From NCBI GenBank assembly GCA_018823175.1, contig JAHJIY010000085.1:8396-72395 (forward strand): a DNA stretch of 64,000 bases, read 5' to 3'. This document shows positions 20,046 to 29,431 of the stretch, one piece after another. Both the position numbers and the translations under genes were made by a program. This DNA is from Pseudomonadota bacterium. Lineage in GTDB: Bacteria; Desulfobacterota; Desulfobulbia; Desulfobulbales; JAHJIY01. Position 1 is the stretch's first letter; each line of letters opens with the position of its first letter. A model generated the notes under the pieces. It saw only the letters and a list, made by a program, of their open reading frames with translations. It did no database searches and was not told where the DNA came from.

Positions 20046-21976
20046 TATTTTGTCCTCCCTGGGTGGCAGGGATTACATTTCCCTTCCATAAACGGTGTAT
20101 GGCCGACTGGATAAAGCAGGGATTTGTCGAGACCTCCATGGGGATCGTGGCACTTGAGACAAGAATCCGGTCCAGGTTTGATTTCTTTATGTGACTGCAG
20201 AAAACTTTCAGTATTTATCTGATGGCAATCCTGGCAGAGTGACCGGCGGTCTTTTTTCAGGATAGCCACGTTATTCGAGCCATGCGGGGAATGACATTTA
20301 CTGCAATTAATGGTTGCCGGCTGGTGGGCCACTCCATCCTGCCAGTCTTTGGCGATGGCAGAGTGACAGGTAAGACACAGCATGGGCTGTTTCTTGTTTA
20401 GATTGCTGTCGTTGCGGGATCCATGTCCGCGGTGGCAAGTAATGCAGTTAAGAGAGGATACTGGTTTGTGTTCAACTTTGTAATTGGCCAACTCTGTGGC
20501 TTTTTCCGCATGACAGTCAAAACACAATTCGCCGGTTTTCTTCCTGAAAAGAAATTGGTAATCGGCGCTGTGTGCAGAGTGGCAGGTTCCGCATTCGCCG
20601 GAACGGAATGGTTCATGTGTTCCTTCGCCAGATTGGGCTGCGGCCAGTTCCTTATGACAAGTCAGGCATAAGGCGCCGCCTTTCTGGGTTTTATTCAGTA
20701 GTTTTTCAGCGGTCGATTGATGCGGTTGATGGCAACCGGTGCAGTTGCCGGCGCTAAATGGCTTATGAAGGCTGTAGCGGCCTTGTTCTTTGGCTGTTTT
20801 TTCATGACAATCCAGACAGAGATTTTTCTGACTTTTAATCAGTAGGGTTTGTTCTCCGGACTCATGCGGGTTGTGACAAGTCAGGCATTCTCCTTTAAGG
20901 GCCGGTTGGTGAGATATCAAACCTGAACCATAATCTTTTTTCTGATGACAGGTAAAACATAAAGTTGTGGCTGGAGAACGGAGGAGTGATTTTTCAAGGG
21001 ACGCGTGACCTTGATGGCACTTCAGGCAATTTCCATTTTTGGCAGGGGCATGAAGGCTTTTCATCTGTTTGTTCGTATTTTGGCCCTGACTGTGGCAGGC
21101 AAGACAGACTTTTGCTGGTGAATTGTTTAACATCCCGCTGTAATCACTGGCATGTGGCCCATGGCAGGAGGTGCATTTTTTTTCGATATATGGTTGATGG
21201 AGGTGCCCGGCAGCGGTTCCATCGTGGCACTGCAGACAAAGAGTATCGGGCTCATCTTTTATTTTAATATCTTTATTGGCGTCGATCTTATGACATTCAT
21301 TACATTCACCGGCTTTCACCGGGCTATGGAGAACATCTTTCAATAATCCTTTATTATCAGAGCTGTGTGGTGTGTGGCATGACATACAGTTTGATTTTAC
21401 CGGATATTGAAAATGACTATTTTTGAACGAATCAGTGTTCAGATCATGGCATCCCTGGCATAATTCCGTGGTCTTTTTGAGTAACAGGGATTCGTTGTTG
21501 GTTGCGTGGGGATTATGACAGGTTTTACATCCTTGCTGTAATGGGGCGTGAATGTTTGTTTTTACAAAATCACTTCGGTCATGACAGGCAAAACATGCTT
21601 CCTGACCCTCAGCTTTTAAAAGTTTGGAGTATGGGCTGTTATGGACCTCGTGGCAGGCGGTGCATTTCCCATTAGTAAATGGCTGATGTACGGATTTCAT
21701 TGAGGATGAAGCGGCCAGGTCTTGATGACAGCGGTAACAAAGGGCGGGGGGCTCCTGTTTAAGGTAGAGACCGCCGATAAAGCCGTGCGGAAGATGGCAA
21801 TCCTTACAGTCTTTTTTGCGGACAGGTTCATGAACAATACCGGTTAAATACTTGTCGGCCATTTCAGCATGACAATCCAGACATTCCTTTCGTGTCTTTT
21901 GGGAAGGGTTGGTAGTTCCGCACGCTGTAAGGCCCAGGACCATGCAACATAAAATCAATAGAAGTTTATTTTTCAT
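20045..21976 (-). CDS. 26-heme lipoprotein cytochrome c
   Basis: 26 CxxCH counted; lipobox LTAC. Confidence 0.94.
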   Translation of the reverse strand: MKNKLLLILCCMVLGLTACGTTNPSQKTRKECLDCHAEMADKYLTGIVHEPVRKKDCKDCHLPHGFIGGLYLKQEPPALCYRCHQDLAASSSMKSVHQPFTNGKCTACHEVHNSPYSKLLKAEGQEACFACHDRSDFVKTNIHAPLQQGCKTCHNPHATNNESLLLKKTTELCQGCHDLNTDSFKNSHFQYPVKSNCMSCHTPHSSDNKGLLKDVLHSPVKAGECNECHKIDANKDIKIKDEPDTLCLQCHDGTAAGHLHQPYIEKKCTSCHGPHASDYSGMLNNSPAKVCLACHSQGQNTNKQMKSLHAPAKNGNCLKCHQGHASLEKSLLRSPATTLCFTCHQKKDYGSGLISHQPALKGECLTCHNPHESGEQTLLIKSQKNLCLDCHEKTAKEQGRYSLHKPFSAGNCTGCHQPHQSTAEKLLNKTQKGGALCLTCHKELAAAQSGEGTHEPFRSGECGTCHSAHSADYQFLFRKKTGELCFDCHAEKATELANYKVEHKPVSSLNCITCHRGHGSRNDSNLNKKQPMLCLTCHSAIAKDWQDGVAHQPATINCSKCHSPHGSNNVAILKKDRRSLCQDCHQINTESFLQSHKEIKPGPDSCLKCHDPHGGLDKSLLYPVGHTPFMEGKCNPCHPGRTK

Positions 21977-23639
21977 TTACTTTAACCCCGAATTCCTCTC
22001 TGATTTTCTGCCAAATTTCCTGGTTGATTGAAATATTGGCTATTGTTTTAAGTTTATCAATATATTCCTTTTTAATTATATCAGATTTTCCTTTTTTAAT
22101 TTTTTTAGAAATTTCAGTTGAAACTTTTTCAAGAGGAAGGGATCTGCCCTGGATCTGGTTAATCATTTTGACCATGGCATATCCGGCATTATGAACAAAA
22201 GGAGGACTGACTTCGCCTTTGACAAGTTTTTTGAACTCCAGTTGCAGGTTCTCCGGCAGCTTTTCAAGGGGTTCTTGCTTAATCTCGAGGTCTTCACTGT
22301 AATATTTTTTGGCCAAATCAAAAAAGTCTCCCCCCTGGATAATTGAGGCCCATACTTTGCTGACCAGGTTTTCCTCACCGGTCAACATGGCGTAATTGAT
22401 CACAGTAGGCATGGAATATTGAGCCTTGTTTGCTTGGTAATACTGGTCAATTTCCTCATTTGAAATTTGAACCTGAGAAAGCAAACTACTTTCGAGTTCT
22501 GCCTTAAGGCGGTTGCCCTGGTAGAACTCATAAATCCACTTGAGAGGCGGATTTTTTTCGTAATGTCTGTTCATTGATTCCAAGGAAATAAGGGTATCGT
22601 ACACTGCGTTGAATAATATTGTTTTTTTGAGTTCTTCCAAATTGATTGTTTTGTCTATGCCGTACCTGTTTTGATAAGTCCAGTCGTTACTGATGACTCT
22701 TATCATGTCATCAACTGTAATCCCCGTTTCATTTTCAGTCATGGTGACAACTTTTTTGTCTAAAAACTCAGAGGAATAGTTACGGGCCTTTGGGTCAATT
22801 TTGGCCAAGAGGTCTTCATCGATCTGCACATTATATTTCTTCTCAAGACGTTCAATTAGTTTCTGGGATAAATCGTTGGTAGCTTTCTTTACCAGTTCGT
22901 GTTGGCACAACTTTTGTTTTTCTGCGAAATCATCATCCGGGGGTATTAATTGTTCATGCAATCTGAGAAAAATGAATTTGCCGTCGTCCTCGAAAGGTTC
23001 CGCCACATACCCTGGTTTAAGTTTGCGCAAAACAGAAAGCCAATTTTTTTTGTTTTTCTTGGAGCTGAGTGACTCTGGCAGAACCTGTATCTGTTCAAAG
23101 GATATTGGCCCGCCATTTTCCGGTAAAATACCTTTCTGGTCGGTGAACGGGAGGTGTCCTGCCGGCGAACCGTTATACTGTTGCATTTCGTTAAAGGCCT
23201 TCATGGCGTCAGTCTGGTTATTATAGGTTAGGGCCTGAATACGCCAGATAGGGGTATAGTTTTCCTGGTAAAAATCTTTGATATCCTGTGCGCTGATTTT
23301 TATTTTAGAGTCGATCTCTTCATTTTTTAACAACATCATGTTTCGGACTGAAAGGAAGATCTTTAATTTTCTTTGGTAGGATGGAAGATTGTATAATTCT
23401 CTTTCCTTAGCCTGGTTGACCATCAGGTTCCACTCGATGAATGAGTCTGGGGTTTCGGGGAAAGGGGTCTCTTTTTCCTTCCAGTTTTGCCACCAATGGC
23501 GGAAATCATCGGCCGTAAGGTCCTGGCCGTTGATCGAGGCTAAAGGTTTTTCCTGCCCAAACCATGCGCTGGCATTATGGCCGGACAATAATATTATTAA
23601 CAGGCAAAAAGAGATCGGTTTAATTATTTTCCAACGCAT
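21966..23639 (-). CDS. SurA/PpiC-type peptidyl-prolyl isomerase-like chaperone (OscH-like)
   Basis: Signal peptide; LASINGQDLT SurA-N motif; two degenerate rotamase halves (LKPGYVAEPF, DFFDLAKKY, LVKGEVSPPF); overlaps both neighbours. Confidence 0.8.
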   Translation of the reverse strand: MRWKIIKPISFCLLIILLSGHNASAWFGQEKPLASINGQDLTADDFRHWWQNWKEKETPFPETPDSFIEWNLMVNQAKERELYNLPSYQRKLKIFLSVRNMMLLKNEEIDSKIKISAQDIKDFYQENYTPIWRIQALTYNNQTDAMKAFNEMQQYNGSPAGHLPFTDQKGILPENGGPISFEQIQVLPESLSSKKNKKNWLSVLRKLKPGYVAEPFEDDGKFIFLRLHEQLIPPDDDFAEKQKLCQHELVKKATNDLSQKLIERLEKKYNVQIDEDLLAKIDPKARNYSSEFLDKKVVTMTENETGITVDDMIRVISNDWTYQNRYGIDKTINLEELKKTILFNAVYDTLISLESMNRHYEKNPPLKWIYEFYQGNRLKAELESSLLSQVQISNEEIDQYYQANKAQYSMPTVINYAMLTGEENLVSKVWASIIQGGDFFDLAKKYYSEDLEIKQEPLEKLPENLQLEFKKLVKGEVSPPFVHNAGYAMVKMINQIQGRSLPLEKVSTEISKKIKKGKSDIIKKEYIDKLKTIANISINQEIWQKIREEFGVKVNEK

Positions 23640-24253
23640 ATTTTTAATCCTTTATTAATCCAAGCTGTAATGATTTCCTGTGAAACAACTTTTGACAGTT
23701 CTGCTATGGTATTTATTTTGCCGAAATGAAGAAATTTCTGGTATTGCTTTGCTTCCCTTCGATGGTAGGTACTCCATAAGGTCCGACCGGAATCGGTTTC
23801 GATTATCCGGAGAATGACGGCCAGGGAAACAGGTTGTCGACCTCGTTGCTCATCGTTACCACTCATTTCAATAATAGTCCCGCTGACCACAATTTTTGAG
23901 CCTAACCGTCCTCCTAACGATCTTACTTGTTCGAGAGAAGTTTGTTGTCCGATAAATACTCTCATTTGTCTTAATATTTTGCGAACATCACCTTCCTGAG
24001 AGATTAAATAATTACCGGTGGACAAAAGCTCTGAGGTGAAGATCCGGTAAAACAGGGTGTCTGCGGTTTTGCTTTCTGTTTGATTGATGAACGGCAATAC
24101 GGTTATCTGGCAGATCTGTCCTTCATCCGGTAAAGCGGCAAGTTGCAAAACGGTTGGTGACTCCTTGAAAGAGCAACCGGTGGCAATCATATGGAGTAAG
24201 GTAATTAGTATTAATTGCCGCCAATAATTATTAATTTTAAATTTTTTCATCAA
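23624..24253 (-). CDS. CsgG/PelC(GNA1162)-like lipoprotein
   Basis: Lipobox ATGC; ITVLPFINQT, VVSGTIIE and LRIIET.SGRTLWS pattern. Confidence 0.72.
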   Translation of the reverse strand: MMKKFKINNYWRQLILITLLHMIATGCSFKESPTVLQLAALPDEGQICQITVLPFINQTESKTADTLFYRIFTSELLSTGNYLISQEGDVRKILRQMRVFIGQQTSLEQVRSLGGRLGSKIVVSGTIIEMSGNDEQRGRQPVSLAVILRIIETDSGRTLWSTYHRREAKQYQKFLHFGKINTIAELSKVVSQEIITAWINKGLKICVGK

Positions 24254-24347
24254 ATTAAACGTTGGTTAAATTAACTGATTATAAATTTTATCAGTACTTT
24301 TGTGTTAAGCTGGAAGTAGGTATTTTTTATTACCGGGGTTAAAGCCA

Positions 24348-25964
24348 TTAAAATTCATCTAGCCAAGCCGGACCGGAACTTGTCTTTTCACCTTCTTTTA
24401 CTTCAGGCGCAACTAATGACTGGATATCTTTAATTACCTGCCTTGATTGGTTGCCTAGGACATCACGCATCAAAATGATGCATTCAACTTTTCTGGTTTC
24501 ACCAGCCAGTGGATCGATAATATCAGTCTGGATTGAATAGTCCTCATTTTCCGCTACTTTGACAATGTTTGGCCCACTGTTTTCCGCCACTTTAACAATA
24601 TTTTGGCTATTATCTTTGGCGACCTTGATTACGTTATTGGGAAGCTGGATATCCATTCTAAAAGGTAAATTATCACCTTCCGCTACTTTTATTATTTCTC
24701 CGTTTTCGCCGCGGACCTCCATGCGCCAGAATGCGATGGGCACCTGTCCCTCGTGGTTTAAGTCAACAATCATGTCCCTCCCAAGATTTTTTGCTTCCAG
24801 CACCATAGCTGGCGGGGTGCGGGCAATTGCGACCTGTTGCGATGTCACCGACAAATTCTCTGCGCGATCCCAGACCTGGAGCATAATTTCGTATATTCCT
24901 TCTTCTGATAGCCAGCCGCTTTTTTTGCGTCCGTTCCAGACAAACTGCCGGGGCAGATTTCCGTAACCGCTTCGGCTCATCTGTTCTTCGCCTGCCTCAT
25001 CTTCAATGGTTATTTTCCAACGGGCCACTGGCTCACGTTTGATCATGTGGGGAAGAATAATAACCTGGTCCCGAAAGGCCACGGTTCCTTCTAGACGGAC
25101 TCCTTTAAGTTCCAGCACCAGTTTAGGTGGTGCACTGTCAACATTGTAGGCCCCCAGAAAAGTCACTTTTTTATTACCTGATGGCCAATCGACAACCATA
25201 GTTACCGGGTAGCGGCCATCTCGGTCGGAGACGACCCAGTTGGATTCGTAAGAGTATCCGTCTGGTGATTGACGTGCCAGGTGGACCCGGCCTCCCACCT
25301 TGAAAAAGAGACGAGGCATATCCGTTTCCGACCATTTGGTGCGCAGGCTGACTGAGCATGAAACCTGGTCGCCACGACGGACATGGGAGGGACGCAGGTC
25401 TACGTATTCGATTTCCAGTGGTGGTTGTTGGCTGACGATAAACTCAAGTTCATCAGGCCAATCTTCCAAAACTCTTTGGGCCAGAAGGGGTACTAGTCCT
25501 TCTGGCGGGCCACTATCGCCAATTCCAAGCAGGCTAATTATGTCGTCCTGGCATAGGCCACCTGAAGCGGACCATAAAGTCCTGCTGTCGTCTGATCTTG
25601 CCAGGTAAAGGGTAAGTCCCAAGGAAGGGTCTTTAAGGTTCTGGCCCAGGGTTATAGTGCCGAAAAGCACTAAGTCAGCTCCGAGCTCATCTTTAGCCTT
25701 AATAATGTGCTTGGTGTCGAGAAAGCCAAGCCAGCGCATCCTGTTTCTGACCATAAAGGCCTCGACGTTTTCATTACTGATCACATCAAGTCCTTTTTCC
25801 GATAGTTCCCAGGCAAGATAATCGGTTACTTCCTTATTGATCCCGTTTGAACCCTGGCTCAGGTCTTCAATGGGGATAATGGCCACGGTCATGGCTTGAC
25901 TGATCGAAACATTAACCAAAAAATAGAGGATGAGACTGCAATAAAATAAATATTTAGTAAACAT
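24348..25964 (-). CDS. Exported protein with N-terminal CsgG/PelC-like domain and C-terminal FlgD/Ig-like domains
   Basis: Signal (SQA); VAIIPIEDLS..GADLVLFGTI..TLWS; DGRYPV, FVWNGRK..G...EGIY...VWDRAEN and DVLGN Ig-like motifs; start at ATG 25964 (GAGG SD). Confidence 0.65.
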   Translation of the reverse strand: MFTKYLFYCSLILYFLVNVSISQAMTVAIIPIEDLSQGSNGINKEVTDYLAWELSEKGLDVISNENVEAFMVRNRMRWLGFLDTKHIIKAKDELGADLVLFGTITLGQNLKDPSLGLTLYLARSDDSRTLWSASGGLCQDDIISLLGIGDSGPPEGLVPLLAQRVLEDWPDELEFIVSQQPPLEIEYVDLRPSHVRRGDQVSCSVSLRTKWSETDMPRLFFKVGGRVHLARQSPDGYSYESNWVVSDRDGRYPVTMVVDWPSGNKKVTFLGAYNVDSAPPKLVLELKGVRLEGTVAFRDQVIILPHMIKREPVARWKITIEDEAGEEQMSRSGYGNLPRQFVWNGRKKSGWLSEEGIYEIMLQVWDRAENLSVTSQQVAIARTPPAMVLEAKNLGRDMIVDLNHEGQVPIAFWRMEVRGENGEIIKVAEGDNLPFRMDIQLPNNVIKVAKDNSQNIVKVAENSGPNIVKVAENEDYSIQTDIIDPLAGETRKVECIILMRDVLGNQSRQVIKDIQSLVAPEVKEGEKTSSGPAWLDEF

Positions 25965-26205
25965 AAGCCTTACCTCTTTCTCCACGAAACCCGGAAAATA
26001 AAAGTGAATAGTGACAAGTTGAAAAGTTATGGCGTTATCTGATTTGACTGTTTTCTGTGTTGCTCGAAGTCTGTCGTTTACCTGGAGTCTATAACTTCAC
26101 AGTTGATACCTCGTGTTATTATACCACAAAATATCAGTTCATTACAGCAGATAGCCCTTTGGATATTTAAATTGTCTTTATCAATTCACTTTTAACTATT
26201 CATAA

Positions 26206-26787
26206 TTATTTTTTGGCTGGAATAGTTGACAGCATCTTTTTCATTAACTTAAGGGTAATATGAAATTTGTCGGTCGGCGCCAGGCCGAAAAGGCGACCTG
26301 CCATTGAATCGGCGCTCCACCTGGCGCTGGATTGCCAGATAACAACCGATGATTTGGAATCTACCAGTCTAAGGGTTACCGCCAGGTCCGGAAAGGCGAT
26401 AGTCCCTTTGCGTACTTCACCCGATTCATCGATTGAACCCAATAAAAAAGCCTCTACGTTCAGTCTCTGGGCCAGACGCTTGAGGTTAAGCAGGTCAATG
26501 GGCTTGCCTGGGTCAATTACTTCTTCCATCATGACGCTATCTACGATACCCATATCAACGACATCGGATATCCCCATGGCCAGGACCTGGGTAATAGCGA
26601 CGTCCCTGACCCGCTGGGCGGCATATTTGTCATCGGTATGGTTTTCAAAAGGCAGAACCACCAGCCGGTTTATCAGGTCCAGATCCACGTCTTCCCGTAA
26701 AAATGATTGAGAAGAGAATTTCCCGCTGCAACCTCCGATTAATAAAGTAAACATTGCTATGAGCAGCACAATAGAGCACTTTCGCAT
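26206..26787 (-). CDS. CsgG/PelC(GNA1162)-like lipoprotein
   Basis: Lipobox IGGC; LVVLPFENHT, LLGSIDE and LRLVDSKS.VVIWQ; start at ATG 26787. Confidence 0.75.
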   Translation of the reverse strand: MRKCSIVLLIAMFTLLIGGCSGKFSSQSFLREDVDLDLINRLVVLPFENHTDDKYAAQRVRDVAITQVLAMGISDVVDMGIVDSVMMEEVIDPGKPIDLLNLKRLAQRLNVEAFLLGSIDESGEVRKGTIAFPDLAVTLRLVDSKSSVVIWQSSARWSADSMAGRLFGLAPTDKFHITLKLMKKMLSTIPAKK

Positions 26788-26856
26788 GCCTGGTACCCCT
26801 TTATCCTTTTGATTTACGGTTAATCGACTTCTCTGGTCATACAAACGAAGCCGCGG

Positions 26857-28962
26857 TTAATAGGTCGAAAATCTTGCTGTTAAAACACTTTTCAAAATTA
26901 TATCTTCTTGCAAATCGTTCTTGATGTAGTTGCCGATGAATTGCATGAAAATATTGGAACTAACGGTCCAACGCAAGTTAACATCCCCCGAATGGGTGTT
27001 GACGGTTGCATGCGTTATTGAATAGCTCATACTCCCTTGAATTTTCGGGGTTATGGCCAGTACCAAACTGAGGTTGCTGGTTTCCCGTTTACTTTCGCCC
27101 CAAGTTTTTTGTCCAGAGAAGGCCAGGGAAAGAAGGTCGGAAACCCGCCAGCCCATGTTGATTGATGTTTTATAGGTGTCGGTTGTAGTTGTGCTTTGGT
27201 TATTAGTGTATTCGCCGGAAAAGGAGGTGGTTATTTGTGGATTAAGGCGGGCCGAAAAATAAAGTATGGTTGTCAATTGTTTGTTCTCTTTGCTGTCGTC
27301 TTCCGGTTTAGTTGTGGTATGAGTTGCCCGGAGCTGGGAAGAAAGGTCAGGATAAAGCTGGGCGGTGATGTTTGCTGCGAAACTATAATTCTGGGAGGTT
27401 TTCTCGTTATTCGTGTAATTGTCATTGACTGAGCCGTTTAGACCAAGGTCAAGAGTAGGTAGCAACTCTGAATTTAATCCCAAGCCATAGGATTTGATAT
27501 TGGTTTCGGTATAGGATTTGATATTGGTTTCGGTATGATCTGTGTTTTTACGCCAGGAGTCGTTTACGTTAATTTGGGTTTTGAATTTAGTGGTTGGCCG
27601 CCAGGCAATGGATCCGCTTTGGTTCCGGGTCTCTACACTTGTCTCTGTTGGTTGAGATTCGGTCTGGCTCATCGTCAGATTGTAGTTTAGGCTAACTGTT
27701 TCTGTCAGTTGCAAGCCAAGGGAGGCATTGGTCTGGTTTTGGAGATTCTCGGAGGAAGTTGGAACAATAGTCCCGATGGTGCCGGTTATCTGATCAAAGG
27801 CCTCAATTTCGGTAAAGTTGATTGTTCCAGCCCCGGGGTAGTCCAGCAAAACAAGTTTGAGATAGATTTGTTGCTGCTTCTGGACTGGAATCTCAAAACG
27901 ATAGGTATTGTTTATCGGATCGGTGTTATAGATTACGGTATTGGCATCAAGAGTCTCTTGCGCAAAGTTGATGCCGTCAGTGCTTGACCACAACTGCCAA
28001 TTAAAATTATTTGGCATGGCGACGCTGATGTCCACATCCGTATAAAGGTAAATCATATCGACTTCGGCCAGATTTGTTTTCAGATCGATATTATAGTCGA
28101 TCCCCGCTGGCGGGAGGGTGATTGCCGGGGTCAGCAGATCCTGGTTGGTCATGGCAACGGTAACATCGGTAAAAGTAGAACCATCACTGCTCTCAGGGTT
28201 GTCGTCAATGCTCCATCTTATTTGGGAAATCGGCTTGTTCAGCAAGGCAAAGCCACTACTGGTAATCAGAGAATCCTTGTCACTTTGACTGTTTTGCTGT
28301 TGATAAGAAAATGATGTATTGAGGCGATTGTTCCAGAATAAATGGGCGGCCGAGATTCGGGCTGAATAATTTGTGGATATCTCATCATCGTTGCTGATCA
28401 TTGTATTATCTATTTGTCGCCAGTTGCCGCTTAAATATATCTTGGCTAAAATCAGGTTCCAGTTAAGGGTGCCGCCGGCATTAGTCTGTTCTAATTCCTG
28501 GAACCGGCCGCTGGAATTTTGGCCGAAGGAGGCAGTAAGGTTAGGGGCTAATTCATTCTTCCAGGCGCTGGTCAAATAGCTGTCCCAGGAAGTGGATTTG
28601 CTATATCCTGAGATACTGTTATCAATTTCCGTTATTGATCCGCTAAGATCAAGGTCAAACAGGTAGTTTTGAAGATTCATGGATAAGTTTGGTGATAAAT
28701 TTTTGGTGGTTGCGCCGTTTTCGATCCAGGTGATGCTATAACGTATATTTTCCTGGACATTCATTAAGTCAGTGACCGGCTGTTCAAACGATGCGCTATA
28801 TGACTGGCGGTATGATTGGATGAAATTATCATTGTCATCCTCATCAATATTCCAGTTACCGTTAAAGTTGAGATTGACCGCCGGTGCCGGGTTCGGAATA
28901 AGTAGGACAAAGATCATGCCCAGCGCCAGAAGGTAATATCTTTTAATGATTTGTGTTTTCAT
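26857..28962 (-). CDS. Outer-membrane beta-barrel with inserted discoidin (F5/8C)-like domain (porin of the cytochrome conduit; OscE/OetB-like)
   Basis: Signal peptide from ATG 28962; S/T/N-rich alternating beta-strand pattern; aromatic C-terminus (RFSTY); central IYLY..WSSTDGINF..YLKL..EIEAF segment. Confidence 0.72.
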   Translation of the reverse strand: MKTQIIKRYYLLALGMIFVLLIPNPAPAVNLNFNGNWNIDEDDNDNFIQSYRQSYSASFEQPVTDLMNVQENIRYSITWIENGATTKNLSPNLSMNLQNYLFDLDLSGSITEIDNSISGYSKSTSWDSYLTSAWKNELAPNLTASFGQNSSGRFQELEQTNAGGTLNWNLILAKIYLSGNWRQIDNTMISNDDEISTNYSARISAAHLFWNNRLNTSFSYQQQNSQSDKDSLITSSGFALLNKPISQIRWSIDDNPESSDGSTFTDVTVAMTNQDLLTPAITLPPAGIDYNIDLKTNLAEVDMIYLYTDVDISVAMPNNFNWQLWSSTDGINFAQETLDANTVIYNTDPINNTYRFEIPVQKQQQIYLKLVLLDYPGAGTINFTEIEAFDQITGTIGTIVPTSSENLQNQTNASLGLQLTETVSLNYNLTMSQTESQPTETSVETRNQSGSIAWRPTTKFKTQINVNDSWRKNTDHTETNIKSYTETNIKSYGLGLNSELLPTLDLGLNGSVNDNYTNNEKTSQNYSFAANITAQLYPDLSSQLRATHTTTKPEDDSKENKQLTTILYFSARLNPQITTSFSGEYTNNQSTTTTDTYKTSINMGWRVSDLLSLAFSGQKTWGESKRETSNLSLVLAITPKIQGSMSYSITHATVNTHSGDVNLRWTVSSNIFMQFIGNYIKNDLQEDIILKSVLTARFSTY
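27487..27534. repeat. Perfect 24-bp tandem duplication inside the beta-barrel gene
   Basis: ATAGGATTTGATATTGGTTTCGGT x2, encoding TETNIKSY-TETNIKSY. Confidence 0.9.
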
Positions 28963-29375
28963 CAGCTGGATAATATACTTCCCGGTTGTCCGCCAATCCA
29001 CTTAACAAGAGGCGCGTGATAATTTGTCAACCGACGTACCCCCCCCAGGGTACTTCCTTATGAATGTAAAAAATCATCTAACACGTTTAGTTCAGGTTTA
29101 CTTAATTACATATTATTTTTTGATTAACACTAATTTTTAGCCATAAAAAAGGTTATCCAACTCTGTGTTATCTGTAGACAACGTAAAGCATGCAAAATGA
29201 TTTCGCCACAACCTATGCTTAGAGTCAGCGTTATAAGATTGCCACGTCACAAAGTTTATACCCCTTGCGGGGTGCTTCTTGCAAAGACTTGCAAGGTTTC
29301 GTCTCTACAGTAAGCCCAAATTAGATGGTAACCAGATATTATTTCAACTGCATGCAAAGTCCATAATGTACATGT

Positions 29376-29418
29376 GCACCGCCGCCCGCCGGGATATTCC
29401 CCCGGCGGGCGGCGGTGC
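29376..29418. terminator. Strong GC hairpin downstream of the 16-heme gene (terminator or mRNA stabiliser)
   Basis: 18-bp perfect stem GCACCGCCGCCCGCCGGG / CCCGGCGGGCGGCGGTGC; no clear U-tract. Confidence 0.55.
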
Positions 29419-29431
29419 GATTATTCGTCGA

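Noticed and set aside
29172-29310. Degenerate REP/MITE-like patch as a discrete mobile element
   Set aside because: The inverted ends are short and imperfect, and boundaries cannot be fixed without other copies
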